Shown in pieces: positions 1 to 9,311 of a DNA stretch of 64,000 bases. The notes below the pieces were generated by a model, which saw nothing but the letters and a program-made list of their open reading frames with translations, was not told where the DNA came from and did no database searches. This DNA is from an uncultured Omnitrophica bacterium (GTDB taxonomy: Bacteria; Omnitrophota; Gorgyraeia; JACQQV01). The position numbers and the translations under genes are program-made. Within the stretch, counting starts at the first letter, position 1. Each line of letters begins with the position of its first letter. The stretch is taken from positions 23,513-87,512 of the forward strand of contig CAMTXH010000013.1 in the NCBI GenBank assembly GCA_947085655.1, in the 5' to 3' direction.

Positions 1-757
1 TCCCTATGGTGGCGCCAATCTCGGCTCAAACGGAGATGTCGGCACCAATGCCACCGGTCCCGATTCGATTCACCTGGACAGCAACGCCAGGGTGAACGGC
101 GATGCGTTTGCCGGACCGGGTGCCGATCCTGACGAAGCGATTACCACGGACAGCAACGCAGATATCACTGGGCAGGAGACCGCCTTGTCGAGCCCGGTTG
201 TGCCGATTTCGATGGTCCCGCCGGTTCTTCCGCTGTACTCGGCGATCAACTTAAACGGCAACAATACGCTGACCATCAGCACAAGCGGAAAGTATCCGTC
301 CATTACGCTGAACAGCAACTCCGAGTTGATTATTAACAGCAGCGTTACCCTCCATGTGACGGGCGGCGTTGAGTTGAACAGCAACAGCGAATTCACCATT
401 ACCAACGGGGCAAAGGTGGAGATCTACATTGACGGATGGCTCGTGCTGAACAGCAACACCCAGGTCAATAACCTCAGTCAGGATCCGACGAAACTCCTTA
501 TTTATGGGACGGATAACATGACAACGCAGCCGAACGGAGACCCCGGCGTGGAATATAACTCCAACTCCGACTTTTTCGGGTTGATCTATGCGCCGACCGC
601 CGATATCGATATTGACAGTAACGCCGGAGTCTTCGGCGCGGTCTTTGGGAAGACGGTGAACCTTGATTCGAACGCGAGAGTCCATTACGACGAGGCGCTG
701 GCCGATTTGGACGATTTTGAAACGGACCTTCAGGTAATCGCCTGGCAGGAAAAATAG
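1..757 (+). CDS. C-terminal fragment of a repeat protein (degenerate 'L/V-x-L-[ND]-S-N-[SA]-x' repeats, beta-helix-like); the ORF is open to the window start
   Basis: The reading frame from position 2 has no stop before the ORF-track GTG at 92 (translation ...PYGGANLGSNGDVGTNATGPDSIHLDSNARVNGDA...). Short motifs recur: LNSNSE, LDSNARV, IDSNAGV. A rho-independent terminator follows. Confidence 0.5.
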   Translation, partial: PYGGANLGSNGDVGTNATGPDSIHLDSNARVNGDAFAGPGADPDEAITTDSNADITGQETALSSPVVPISMVPPVLPLYSAINLNGNNTLTISTSGKYPSITLNSNSELIINSSVTLHVTGGVELNSNSEFTITNGAKVEIYIDGWLVLNSNTQVNNLSQDPTKLLIYGTDNMTTQPNGDPGVEYNSNSDFFGLIYAPTADIDIDSNAGVFGAVFGKTVNLDSNARVHYDEALADLDDFETDLQVIAWQEK

Positions 758-852
758 CCCTTTGTCAAGGTCAATAATATAAGAGTTGACCTGATGAGGA
801 TTGTATGATACGCTACTCCTGTGTTAGCTTGGTTTAGCGATAAGCGAAAGCA

Positions 853-889
853 ACCGTTTAGGCCGGGCTCGGCCTAAACGGTTTTTTTG
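853..889 (+). terminator. Rho-independent terminator (GC-rich hairpin ccgtttaggccg-ggct-cggcctaaacgg followed by TTTTTTT)
   Basis: Perfect inverted repeat plus a T7 run directly downstream of the repeat-protein stop and immediately upstream of the desaturase start. Confidence 0.65.
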
Positions 890-898
890 GATGGAAAA

Positions 899-1720
899 AT
901 GACGCAACCACAACTATTACAAAGGATTAAATGGCCGACGCTGATAGCGATTAGCGCCATTCACATCGGGGCGCTCTTCGCCTTTTGGACGTTCAGCTGG
1001 AAAGCACTTTTACTCTGCCTTGTGCTTTATTGGCTGACGGGCAGTATCGGTATCACCTTTGGATTCCACCGCCTGTTTGCCCATTCAAGTTTCAAAGCCC
1101 CCAAGATCATCGCCTATCCTGCCGCGTTTCTCGGGACCCTTGCCGGCCAATCGGGACCGATGTGGTGGGTGGCGGGACACAGAACCCATCACAAATATTC
1201 CGACAAAGAAGGGGATCCGCATACGCCGGAGGACGGCTTCTGGTGGTCCCACATGGGATGGCTTTTTGTCCGTTCGGAACTGGACGATCCCAAGGTCTAT
1301 CAAAAACTTGTCCCGGACATGATGCGGGATCCTTTTTACCGGTTCCTGGACCGATACCACCCGCTCCTGGTCATTCTACTTGCCGGTCTTCTGTACTGGT
1401 GGGGAGGGGCTCCGTTTTTGGTGTGGGGGATAGGAGTTCGGATGGTCCTTTTGTATCACGCCACCTGGTTTGTCAACTCGGCCACCCACAAGTGGGGTTA
1501 CCGCAGTTACAAGACGGATGATAATTCCCGCAATCTCTGGTGGGTTTCTCTCCTTTCTTTCGGGGAGGGATGGCACAATAATCACCACGCCTTTCAGGGC
1601 TCGGCCCGACACGGGTTCAGATGGTGGGAGATTGATCTCACCTACCTTCAGATCCGTCTTCTTTCGCTCCTCGGTCTTACTCGCGATATCAAGCTTCCGC
1701 TTTCTTCCTCCCTTCGGTAA
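899..1720 (+). CDS. desC: Acyl-lipid/acyl-CoA delta-9 fatty acid desaturase (membrane di-iron, stearoyl-CoA desaturase family)
   Basis: Three His boxes are present (HRLFAH, HRTHHKYSD, HNNHHAF), and the N-terminus is a hydrophobic TM region. The ORF-track start at 887 is a TTG; the first ATG is at 899. Confidence 0.85.
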   Translation: MTQPQLLQRIKWPTLIAISAIHIGALFAFWTFSWKALLLCLVLYWLTGSIGITFGFHRLFAHSSFKAPKIIAYPAAFLGTLAGQSGPMWWVAGHRTHHKYSDKEGDPHTPEDGFWWSHMGWLFVRSELDDPKVYQKLVPDMMRDPFYRFLDRYHPLLVILLAGLLYWWGGAPFLVWGIGVRMVLLYHATWFVNSATHKWGYRSYKTDDNSRNLWWVSLLSFGEGWHNNHHAFQGSARHGFRWWEIDLTYLQIRLLSLLGLTRDIKLPLSSSLR

Positions 1721-1833
1721 ATTCTTCGAAGATCCCCTTCAGGGAGACCCCGTAAAGATGCACTCATAGGAAGTCTTCCTTAATTTTCATCAAAATTGAT
1801 TTATTTGTTGCATTTCTCCCGGAGAGGAGTAAA

Positions 1834-3573
1834 ATGAATATTTGCCTCAAGAAGGGGGATGACACGATGAAAGAGTTCGGGGAATCCCGCTATCCGGTGA
1901 CCGAGCGCCGATTGGTCTCGGACCTTATCCGGTACACCCTCGTCCAGAAAGAGGCGGAGGAGACCCTCAAAGCGCGCACTGAGCGGATCATCCGCCTTCA
2001 AACAGCCCTCCTCGGTCTTGCCAAGGAAAACTACACGACTCGAGAAGAGGCCTTCCGGAAAATCACGGAGACAGACGCCAAGACGCTTTCTGTGAAACGG
2101 GTCAGCATCTGGTTTTTCACAGAGGACCGCTCGGAGATTGTGTGCGAAGATCTCTATATCCTGGACCGCAACTCCCACGAAAAAGGGATCCGGCTCCAGG
2201 CCGAAAAATACCCCAACTATTTCAAGGCCCTCGAGGAATCCCGTACCGTTGCCGCGGATGACGCGCAACAGGATCCCCGGACAAGCGAATTTACCCTGGA
2301 TTATCTAAAACCTCTCGGGATCACCTCGATGATGGATGTGTCGATCTGGCATCAGGGGAAATTGGTCGGGATCGTCTGTCATGAGCATGTCGGGCCCAAA
2401 AGACAATGGCAGCCGGAGGAACAGGATTTTGTAGGATCCATTTCCGATATGGTCTCTCTCGCCTTGGAATCTTCCGAACGTCAATCGGCGGAGGAGCGGT
2501 TTCGGCTTATGGCCCAGGCGACAAATGATGCGGTGTGGGACTGGAACTTGGTGACGAACGGCGTCTGGTGGAATGAAGGAGTTCGCTCCCTGTTCGGATA
2601 TACAGAAGAGGAAATCGGGCCGGAGGCCACATGGTGGTATGAGCATATCCACCCCGAAGAGAAGGAGCGGGTCGTCGAAGGAATCCACCGCCTCATCGAA
2701 AGCGACGGGCGGTTCTGGTCGGATGAATACCGGTTCGCCCGCGCGGACGGAAGCTATGCGCATGTTTACGACCGCGGTTATGTCATCTGCGACGAAGAAA
2801 GAAAGCCGGTCCGGATGATCGGCGCGATGATGGACATCACCGAGCGGAAACTCCTTGAGAAAATGAAGGATGACCTTTTTCGGGATGCGGCTCATGAACT
2901 GAGGACCCCCTACGCCATGATTCAGATGGGACTGGACCTGATGGAAAGGGGATTCCGTCAGAATAACCGAAGAAAAATCTTCACCGGCAAAAAAATTATC
3001 GGCATCAATGTGGATCGGTTGGAGCATGACGTGGAAAATCTTCTCGACATTTTTAAACTCGAAGCGGGCGTCCAGCAGACAAAAGAGGAAACTTTGACGG
3101 TGGCCGCCAACGGCTTTTTCAAAGAAGCACTCCGGCTGTATCAGCCGCAGATTCAGGAGAAAAAACTGAAACTTGAATTGAAAATCCGGCGGGGACTTCC
3201 CCCCTTGAGGATCCCGCGAACCGACCTTCTGCGGGCGTTTCGGAATGTACTGGACAATGCCGTTAAATTCACCGACCGGGGATCCATCACGGTCTTTGTC
3301 CGCAAACAGGAAAATTTCGCGGCCATCCATGTTCAGGATACGGGAAGGGGAATCCGGAAAGAAGACCTTGGCCGCGTGTTTGAAAAATTCTTCAAGGCCT
3401 CTGCCGGTGTTCAGGGGGTGGGATTGGGTCTTCCCATTGCCAAGCTTCTCGTTGAAAAGGCGGGGGGAAGAATTGCGGTTCATTCGGGGGGACTCGGCCG
3501 TGGCACGGAGGTAACCCTTTTTGTCCCGCTTGCAGAGAGAAAATTGGTTGCCAAAGGGAGGGAAGCGGCATGA
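1834..3573 (+). CDS. Sensor histidine kinase (GAF - PAS - HisKA - HATPase_c)
   Basis: GAF-like N-terminal region; PAS (AVWDWNLVTNGVWWNEG...); H-box HELRTPY; G-boxes DTGRGI and GLGLPIAK. An alternative ATG lies at 1864. The stop overlaps the downstream regulator gene (ATGA). Confidence 0.85.
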   Translation: MNICLKKGDDTMKEFGESRYPVTERRLVSDLIRYTLVQKEAEETLKARTERIIRLQTALLGLAKENYTTREEAFRKITETDAKTLSVKRVSIWFFTEDRSEIVCEDLYILDRNSHEKGIRLQAEKYPNYFKALEESRTVAADDAQQDPRTSEFTLDYLKPLGITSMMDVSIWHQGKLVGIVCHEHVGPKRQWQPEEQDFVGSISDMVSLALESSERQSAEERFRLMAQATNDAVWDWNLVTNGVWWNEGVRSLFGYTEEEIGPEATWWYEHIHPEEKERVVEGIHRLIESDGRFWSDEYRFARADGSYAHVYDRGYVICDEERKPVRMIGAMMDITERKLLEKMKDDLFRDAAHELRTPYAMIQMGLDLMERGFRQNNRRKIFTGKKIIGINVDRLEHDVENLLDIFKLEAGVQQTKEETLTVAANGFFKEALRLYQPQIQEKKLKLELKIRRGLPPLRIPRTDLLRAFRNVLDNAVKFTDRGSITVFVRKQENFAAIHVQDTGRGIRKEDLGRVFEKFFKASAGVQGVGLGLPIAKLLVEKAGGRIAVHSGGLGRGTEVTLFVPLAERKLVAKGREAA

Positions 3574-3941
3574 AAAAGGAAATCTTGGTCGTCGAAGACG
3601 ATCCCCAAATGCATGATATTTACCGCGACATGCTCGGGGAGCAACAGTTTAATCTGACCGTCACCGATGAGCCGCTTCGGGCCCTTCAGATGATTCAACG
3701 GAAGGAGAAGCGCTTTGATTTGATTCTCCTGGATATCCTCATGAAGGAGAGTCTTCTGGACGGGAGGGTCTTTTTTGTGCAGCTCCGGGAGGCGCTTCAG
3801 GATAAAACCCCGGTGATTGTCGTCAGTGTCTTGAACGAGGATCAGGTGGGTGATTTGAAACAGATTAACAATATCTCTTTCCTCCATAAACCGATCAAAC
3901 GCCAGGAACTCCTTTCGGAAATCCGCAAAACGCTCTTTTGA
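3570..3941 (+). CDS. Single-domain response regulator (CheY-like receiver)
   Basis: ILVVEDDP...DLILLDILM receiver motifs; 4-nt overlap with the kinase stop indicates an operon. Confidence 0.85.
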   Translation: MKKEILVVEDDPQMHDIYRDMLGEQQFNLTVTDEPLRALQMIQRKEKRFDLILLDILMKESLLDGRVFFVQLREALQDKTPVIVVSVLNEDQVGDLKQINNISFLHKPIKRQELLSEIRKTLF

Positions 3942-4001
3942 ATTGACAGAGCCAAAGAAGCCGGGGTATAATGAAGCAACTTTTTTTGAAAGGAGTCATC
4001 C

Positions 4002-4442
4002 TTGGCAAAGGACAAACAGGGTTTTCTCACCGATATCAAAGAACTCCGGCGAAGGGCAAGAAAACACATTTATAAGCGGCACTACTTCATGGCCCAGGGG
4101 ATTCATGCCGAACCGGTTGCCCAGGAATTTCTCCAGCATGCCAATGACGAACAAACCCATGCGGACCAGATCGCAGCCCGGATTACCCAACTGGGGGGAG
4201 AGCCGGATTTCAGCCCGGAGGGATTGACGACCGGAAGCCATGCCGAATACGCCGAAGGGGATTCCTTGATTGATAGGGTGAAGGAAGACCTGGTTGCGGA
4301 GCGGATTGCGATTGACTCCTACGGAGAGAAGGATCCCACCACGCGCCGGATGCTCGAAGGGATTCCCGCCATGGAGGAAGAGCATGCGGACGACCTTGCC
4401 AATATCCTCTCAACGCTTGACCCGCGAAAAACCCCCTCTTGA
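4002..4442 (+). CDS. Ferritin-like di-iron protein (bacterioferritin/Dps superfamily)
   Basis: E-x-x-H di-iron ligand pattern (FLQHANDEQTHADQIAARI...EEEHADDLANIL) of the ferritin-like four-helix bundle; TTG start. Confidence 0.55.
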   Translation: MAKDKQGFLTDIKELRRRARKHIYKRHYFMAQGIHAEPVAQEFLQHANDEQTHADQIAARITQLGGEPDFSPEGLTTGSHAEYAEGDSLIDRVKEDLVAERIAIDSYGEKDPTTRRMLEGIPAMEEEHADDLANILSTLDPRKTPS

Positions 4443-4470
4443 TCCGAAGGCCTATCTCGGAACCCGGACG

Positions 4471-5718
4471 ATGATCGAGTTTATTGAGCACCTTGGAGAA
4501 AAGATAGACGCCTCATGGGGAAAGAAGGGGTACGCCCTGGAGGCCTTTTCGCAGATTGCTTTTCAAACCCTTCAGCAGGCCGGACTGCATAGGGTATTTA
4601 CGGTCGAAAAACTTCTGGATTCCCTCTGGACGAAGAAGGACCTTCCCAAACAGCTTTCCCTATTTAACGGATTCGGACAGCCCCCCATTACGCTCTATCG
4701 CAATCAGCAACACAACTTTCTGATCGATCTTTATTTCTGGATTCAGCCCGAAATCTCCATCCACTCACACGGGTTTCGGGGCGCGTTTACAGTCCTGGAG
4801 GGTAGGAGCTTCCAGTGCCGGTACGATTTTTCCATCCGTGATAACCTCGAAAATACCATTTTATTCGGTGACCTGACGCTTCGGGATACGACACTCCTTC
4901 ATCCGGGGGATGTTCAGGAGATTTTGGCCGGACCGTCCTATATTCATCAGGTCTGGCATCTCAGTTTTCCGACCCTCTCGCTGGCGGTCCGTACCCTTGA
5001 ACCACAACAGACCCAGTACGTCTATTTGAGGCCCCATATGGCCTTCTTGGCCCGTTCGAACGCGATGTCTTTGACAGAAGAGAATACAGCCTATTTCCCT
5101 CTTCCAAGTAAAAAGATCGATACCCTCGTCTGTTTGAACGCGACCCGGTATCCGCTAGAGGGCCGCAGCCCCCGCGCATGGCTGAAAGCGTTGATTGCAG
5201 AAACCCCTCCCCACGAAGGGTTTCTTCATCTCATAAAGTATTATGACCTCACCCGCGATATCGAGGCGATTCAGGATGTTCTAAACAGTGCCCCATCACT
5301 CGGAAAGTGGGCTCCGGAATTTCTCGCCACCTTGAGCCGGATGCATGGGGTGCAGATCAAGTGGACCCAGATCCGGGAGGAGGGGGAGCGGTTTCTCCTG
5401 GCGCTTCTTTTCTCCCTTGAAGAACAAAGTGATATCATGCGGTTGGTTCGGGCCTACAACCCTGCGGAAGCACCCGAGGCCCTCATCGTCAAGTGGTTGG
5501 CCGGTCTGATGCACCGTCGGGATGTGAATATTCAGATGAATCATACCGCGCTCACAGTCCTGGAACGGTTCCTTTACGGCGATTCCGAGGAGGAAGTTTG
5601 CAGACATCTTTCCCGGATCTACAAGGGGACGGATCCGCAAATCTTAAAGGAAGATGTCCGACAGATCCGGGATCGACTCCGTTCCGACGGACTGCTGAAG
5701 GCATTACAAAAAGGTTGA
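4471..5718 (+). CDS. Hypothetical protein with an N-terminal cupin-like domain
   Basis: The ORF-track ORF (4294) overlaps the ferritin-like gene; the first in-frame ATG after that gene's stop is at 4471 (MIEFIEHLGEK). It carries a cupin-like H-x-H...E motif (IHSHGFRGAFTVLEG) and a second His-containing motif (IHQVWH). Confidence 0.5.
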   Translation: MIEFIEHLGEKIDASWGKKGYALEAFSQIAFQTLQQAGLHRVFTVEKLLDSLWTKKDLPKQLSLFNGFGQPPITLYRNQQHNFLIDLYFWIQPEISIHSHGFRGAFTVLEGRSFQCRYDFSIRDNLENTILFGDLTLRDTTLLHPGDVQEILAGPSYIHQVWHLSFPTLSLAVRTLEPQQTQYVYLRPHMAFLARSNAMSLTEENTAYFPLPSKKIDTLVCLNATRYPLEGRSPRAWLKALIAETPPHEGFLHLIKYYDLTRDIEAIQDVLNSAPSLGKWAPEFLATLSRMHGVQIKWTQIREEGERFLLALLFSLEEQSDIMRLVRAYNPAEAPEALIVKWLAGLMHRRDVNIQMNHTALTVLERFLYGDSEEEVCRHLSRIYKGTDPQILKEDVRQIRDRLRSDGLLKALQKG

Positions 5719-5816
5719 GCGAATACCCATCAGGAATTATTCAAAAATCTTTCGTTCCGGCCCTTATTTTGTTCGGTTCCGCCTTGGGTATGGCGCTGAC
5801 GTTTGCGGGGGAAGGC

Positions 5817-6350
5817 ATGAAGAAAGAGGATCTCGGAAAAGCGACTTTTGCCGGCGGATGCTTCTGGTGTATGCAGCCGCCGTATGATGAACTGGAGGGC
5901 GTCGTTTCCACGACGGTCGGCTATACCGGGGGAGCCAAGAAAAATCCGACCTATGAGGAGGTCTCTTCCGGCACCACCGGGCATGCGGAGGCGGTGGAAA
6001 TCACCTACGACCCCTCAAAGATTTCCTACGAGGCGTTATTGGAGGCCTTCTGGAAAAATATCGACCCCACCACCCAGAACCGGCAGTTCGCCGACATCGG
6101 GACGCAGTACCGGACCGCCATCTTTTATCATGATGAAGAACAGAAGCGGCTCGCGCTCGCCTCAAAGGAAGGATTGGAGAAGTCCGGAAAATTCAAAGGC
6201 CCCATTGTCACCGAAATCGTTCCCGCCTCCGTCTTTTACCCTGCCGAGGACTATCACCAGGATTACTACAAGAAATGTCCCGTCCCCTACAACCTTTATA
6301 AAGTCGGTTCGGGAAGAGCGCAGTTTTTGAAAAAACAGTGGGGGAAATGA
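5817..6350 (+). CDS. msrA: Peptide-methionine (S)-S-oxide reductase MsrA
   Basis: GCFWC active-site motif. The protein is near-collinear with short MsrA proteins of the MSEKKEIATFAGGCFWC type, including TGHAEAV, QF-DIG, YR-AIFY and DYHQ-YY motifs. The ORF-track start (5493) overlaps the upstream gene; ATG at 5817 (MKKEDLGKATFAGGCFWC) is preferred, with ATG at 5790 as an alternative. Confidence 0.9.
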   Translation: MKKEDLGKATFAGGCFWCMQPPYDELEGVVSTTVGYTGGAKKNPTYEEVSSGTTGHAEAVEITYDPSKISYEALLEAFWKNIDPTTQNRQFADIGTQYRTAIFYHDEEQKRLALASKEGLEKSGKFKGPIVTEIVPASVFYPAEDYHQDYYKKCPVPYNLYKVGSGRAQFLKKQWGK

Positions 6351-6658
6351 TGTCTGTCGAGAAATGGGAGCCGAAGAAGGACGGGCCATTTTCGGAAAAG
6401 GCCCTTCGCCGGAAACTGGAATCCCGCGGATATCAAGTTTATCAGTATACGTATCCGCCGGGAACCGTTTTTCCGAATCATACGCATGGGATCGACAAAA
6501 TCGATGGGGTGGTCTCCGGCCGCTTCCGGATGAAGATGAAGGGACTGGATGTCATCCTGGAGGCGGGGGATTGTCTGGCGGTGCCGCGCGGTACGGTCCA
6601 TTACGCAGAAGTGGTGGGGGATGAACCGGTCGTCAGTCTGGATGCGACCCGGGAATGA
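6338..6658 (+). CDS. Cupin-domain protein (cupin_2)
   Basis: PGTVFPNHTHGIDKIDGVVSG...GDCLAVPRGTVHYAE cupin motifs. Its start is coupled to the msrA stop (ATGGGGGAAATGATG; alternative ATG at 6347). Confidence 0.65.
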   Translation: MGEMMSVEKWEPKKDGPFSEKALRRKLESRGYQVYQYTYPPGTVFPNHTHGIDKIDGVVSGRFRMKMKGLDVILEAGDCLAVPRGTVHYAEVVGDEPVVSLDATRE

Positions 6659-7545
6659 GCCGGGCTACGCTCATTTATAATCCGGTTGCCGGAGATCCGC
6701 AAGGCAATCTTCTCCAAAAGGTCCGGCATGTTCTTGAAGAAGAGGGAATCTCCCATCTCTTTAAACCGACCCGTGAAGCGCGGGAGGGAACCCGGCTTGC
6801 CAAAGAGGCGGCTCAAGAGGGAAGTGACCTTGTGATTGCCGCCGGCGGGGACGGCACAGTGAATGAAGTGGTGAACGGTCTCGTCGGGACCGAGGCGATA
6901 CTCGGCATCATTCCGATGGGAACCGGGAACCTTGCCGCTTATGAATTCGGCGTTCCCCTTGATCCGTTGGAGGCGGCTCGCGCCATTCCGAAAAGCCGGG
7001 TTGAACGGATTGACGTCGGAAAGGCGAACGACCGTTATTTTTTGATGATGACAAGTGTCGGTCTGGACGCCAAAGCCCTTCGGGATGCCCCCCGCTGGGG
7101 ATACAGGGCGCTTCACTGGTGGGCTTTTTTTTGGACCGGGTTTCTCAATCTTTTTGTGACAAGGCCGTTTCCCCTCCGGCTTCAGACCGCACAGAGGGAG
7201 ATGGCCTATACGACCCGCCTTCTGGTTGTTTCCAACATTAAAGGATACGGCCTTCCGGGATGCGAATTTCTTTCGAATGCGGATACCGCCGACGGATTTT
7301 TGGATGTCGGTTTTTTCAAATCGGAGAATCTTTGGTGTTACCTTCGGGGACTTTCCGCTCTCGGGCGGCGCAGGCCGATATCGCCGCATCTCGTCCAGCG
7401 AGGCCGGGTGGAAAAAGTCCGGATTGCGGCGGATATCCCGGTCCCGGCACAAGTCGACGGCGATTTCTACGGCTACACACCGCTTGAGGTTTCTGTGGTT
7501 CCAAAGGCCCTTTCCATTTTAATTCCCCAGAAAGATGTTCCGTAA
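6655..7545 (+). CDS. Diacylglycerol-kinase-family lipid kinase (YegS/BmrU-like, DAGK_cat)
   Basis: [10 protein letters not shown]...[19 protein letters not shown]...[11 protein letters not shown] motif set. Confidence 0.8.
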   Translation: MSRATLIYNPVAGDPQGNLLQKVRHVLEEEGISHLFKPTREAREGTRLAKEAAQEGSDLVIAAGGDGTVNEVVNGLVGTEAILGIIPMGTGNLAAYEFGVPLDPLEAARAIPKSRVERIDVGKANDRYFLMMTSVGLDAKALRDAPRWGYRALHWWAFFWTGFLNLFVTRPFPLRLQTAQREMAYTTRLLVVSNIKGYGLPGCEFLSNADTADGFLDVGFFKSENLWCYLRGLSALGRRRPISPHLVQRGRVEKVRIAADIPVPAQVDGDFYGYTPLEVSVVPKALSILIPQKDVP

Positions 7546-8275
7546 GATTGTCGTCCTGACCGGCGCCGGGATTTCGGCCGAATCCGGCATCAAAACATTC
7601 CGGGATGCCGGAGGGCTTTGGGAGAATTACCGGATTGAAGATGTGGCGACCCCCGAAGGATACGCGCGGAATCCGGAACTTGTCCTCAATTTTTATAATG
7701 AAAGGCGGAGACATCTTCTCGGGGGAACGATCCGGCCGAATCCGGGGCATTTGGCGCTTGCAGAACTTGAGAAAAATTTCCCGGGGGGATTTCTCCTTGT
7801 CACCCAGAACGTGGATAACCTTCACGAACAGGCCGGAAGCCGGAATGTTCTACATATGCACGGGGAGCTTCTAAAAGTCCGGTGTGCCCGGTCAGGGAAG
7901 GTATTTCCGGCGGAGGAAGACGTTCACACGGAGGATCGTTGTCCCTGCTGCAACCTGGCCGGCGCCTTGAGGCCCCATGTCGTCTGGTTCGGGGAGATCC
8001 CGCTTGAGATGAACCGGATTTTCGAAGCCCTGAGCCGTTGTGACCTTTTCATCTCGGTTGGCACCTCAGGCGTTGTCTATCCGGCGGCCGGGTTTGTGCA
8101 GGTGGCGCGGGAGGCAGGGGCGCATACGGTGGAATTGAATCTTGAACCCTCCGCAGTTCAGTCCCTTTTTGCCGAAAAAATCTACGGTCCGGCGAGCCGA
8201 GCGGTCCCGGAATACGTTCAGAAATTTTTTGCCAACAAGCACCACGTCGCAGACGAGACCTCCGAAAAGGCGTAA
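7535..8275 (+). CDS. cobB: NAD-dependent protein deacylase (sirtuin, Sir2/CobB family)
   Basis: [26 protein letters not shown], Zn ribbon C-x2-C...C-x-C (CARSG...CPCC), and [12 protein letters not shown]. Confidence 0.85.
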   Translation: MFRKIVVLTGAGISAESGIKTFRDAGGLWENYRIEDVATPEGYARNPELVLNFYNERRRHLLGGTIRPNPGHLALAELEKNFPGGFLLVTQNVDNLHEQAGSRNVLHMHGELLKVRCARSGKVFPAEEDVHTEDRCPCCNLAGALRPHVVWFGEIPLEMNRIFEALSRCDLFISVGTSGVVYPAAGFVQVAREAGAHTVELNLEPSAVQSLFAEKIYGPASRAVPEYVQKFFANKHHVADETSEKA

Positions 8276-8310
8276 ATTCCTCTTCGAGATGGCTTTGATG
8301 AAAGTCCCCC

Positions 8311-8339
8311 TTGCACTCATGATGACATCCTTGTATAAT
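8311..8339 (+). promoter_or_regulatory. Sigma70-type promoter, TTGCAC-17 nt-TATAAT, upstream of the yceI/DUF2282 operon
   Basis: Near-consensus hexamers with an exact 17-nt spacer, about 70 nt upstream of the yceI-like ATG at 8411. Confidence 0.5.
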
Positions 8340-8410
8340 ATCATTCCGTCCTGAAACCTTTGGGTTTTTCCCGCATCTATACCAGCAGAACAAGAAGGGC
8401 GGTGTTTCTC

Positions 8411-8998
8411 ATGCGTCGTGTTGGCTGGATGTCTGCTTTGCTCCTATTGTACTTATTGGTTTCTCCCCTTTGGGCGGCCACCTATAAAGTGGATCCCCAC
8501 CATACGACCGTCGGTTTCAAAATCCGCCATCTTTTTTCATGGGTGCACGGCACGTTTAACGAATTTGAGGGAACCATTGAATATGAACCGGCAAAACCGG
8601 AAAGTTGGTCCGCCTCGGGCACCATTCAGGCGGCCAGTATTGATACGCGGGTTGCCCCGCGGGATAAACACCTTCGCTCCGGTGATTTCTTCGATGTGGA
8701 GAAGTATCCGACGATTGACTTCCGGACAACCCGGATCGATGATGTCGGCGCCAACAAGGCCAAGCTGCACGGCTTTCTCACGATTCACGGTGTTGAAAAA
8801 GAGGTGGAGTTGGATGTGGAAGTCCTCGGAATTGCCAACGATCCATGGGGAAACACCGTGGCGGGATTTTCCGCCACGACCACCTTTGACCGTCGGGACT
8901 TTGGATTGACATGGAATGAGACGTTGGAGACCGGAAGTGTCCTCGTAGGGAACGAGGTTCAGATCACCCTCGACATCTCCGCGCTCCTTCAAAAGTAA
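8411..8998 (+). CDS. YceI-family periplasmic (polyisoprenoid-binding-like) protein
   Basis: Signal peptide MRRVGWMSALLLLYLLVSPLWAATYKV, then YceI motifs (HTTVGFKIRHL, HGTFNEFEGTIEY, YPTIDFRTT). The ORF-track start at 8360 has no RBS; ATG at 8411 is preceded by GAAGGG. Confidence 0.8.
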   Translation: MRRVGWMSALLLLYLLVSPLWAATYKVDPHHTTVGFKIRHLFSWVHGTFNEFEGTIEYEPAKPESWSASGTIQAASIDTRVAPRDKHLRSGDFFDVEKYPTIDFRTTRIDDVGANKAKLHGFLTIHGVEKEVELDVEVLGIANDPWGNTVAGFSATTTFDRRDFGLTWNETLETGSVLVGNEVQITLDISALLQK

Positions 8999-9008
8999 GA
9001 TAAAGGAG

Positions 9009-9311
9009 GTGAACATGGCGTCGGTGAAACCAAAACGGAACAAAAGACAAACGCTGGTGGCCGCGTCTGTCGCGGGCCTTCTCGCTTTGGCGGCTGTCCC
9101 CGGCATGGTGCAGGGGCATCTGGAAGCGGCCGAGGAAGGGAAGACGAAGTGTTACGGCGTCAACAAGTGTAAGGGCACCGGTGACTGCGGTGGAAAGGGT
9201 CATTCCTGTGCAGGACTGAATGCCTGTCAGGGGCAGGCGTGGATTTATCTTCAGGAAAAGGACTGCCTTCGGATCCAGGGCGGGCGCTTGACTCCCGAAG
9301 AAGAAGGATAA
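9009..9311 (+). CDS. DUF2282-family secreted Cys-rich small protein (bufferin BufA-like RiPP precursor candidate)
   Basis: Sec signal peptide (LVAASVAGLLALAAVPGMVQG), then KCYGVNKCKGTGDCGG-HSCAG-NACQGQAW...DC, matching the conserved Cys-containing DUF2282 core as I recall it. An AAGGAGG RBS lies 7 nt upstream. Its stop codon overlaps the downstream ATG (TAATG). Confidence 0.7.
   Translation: MNMASVKPKRNKRQTLVAASVAGLLALAAVPGMVQGHLEAAEEGKTKCYGVNKCKGTGDCGGKGHSCAGLNACQGQAWIYLQEKDCLRIQGGRLTPEEEG

Noticed and set aside
2305-3483. 392-aa minus-strand ORF
   Set aside because: Antisense to the histidine kinase gene, with a low-complexity translation and no recognisable motif.
4294-4470. 5' extension of the 474-aa ORF
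   Set aside because: It overlaps the ferritin-like gene in another frame. The first ATG after that gene's stop (4471) gives a sensible N-terminus.
5493-5816. 5' extension of the MsrA ORF
   Set aside because: It overlaps the upstream gene. A Bacillus-type short MsrA N-terminus (MKKEDLGKATFAGGCFWC) begins at 5817, with a G-rich RBS.
6601-7452. 283-aa minus-strand ORF
   Set aside because: Antisense to the YegS-like lipid kinase gene.
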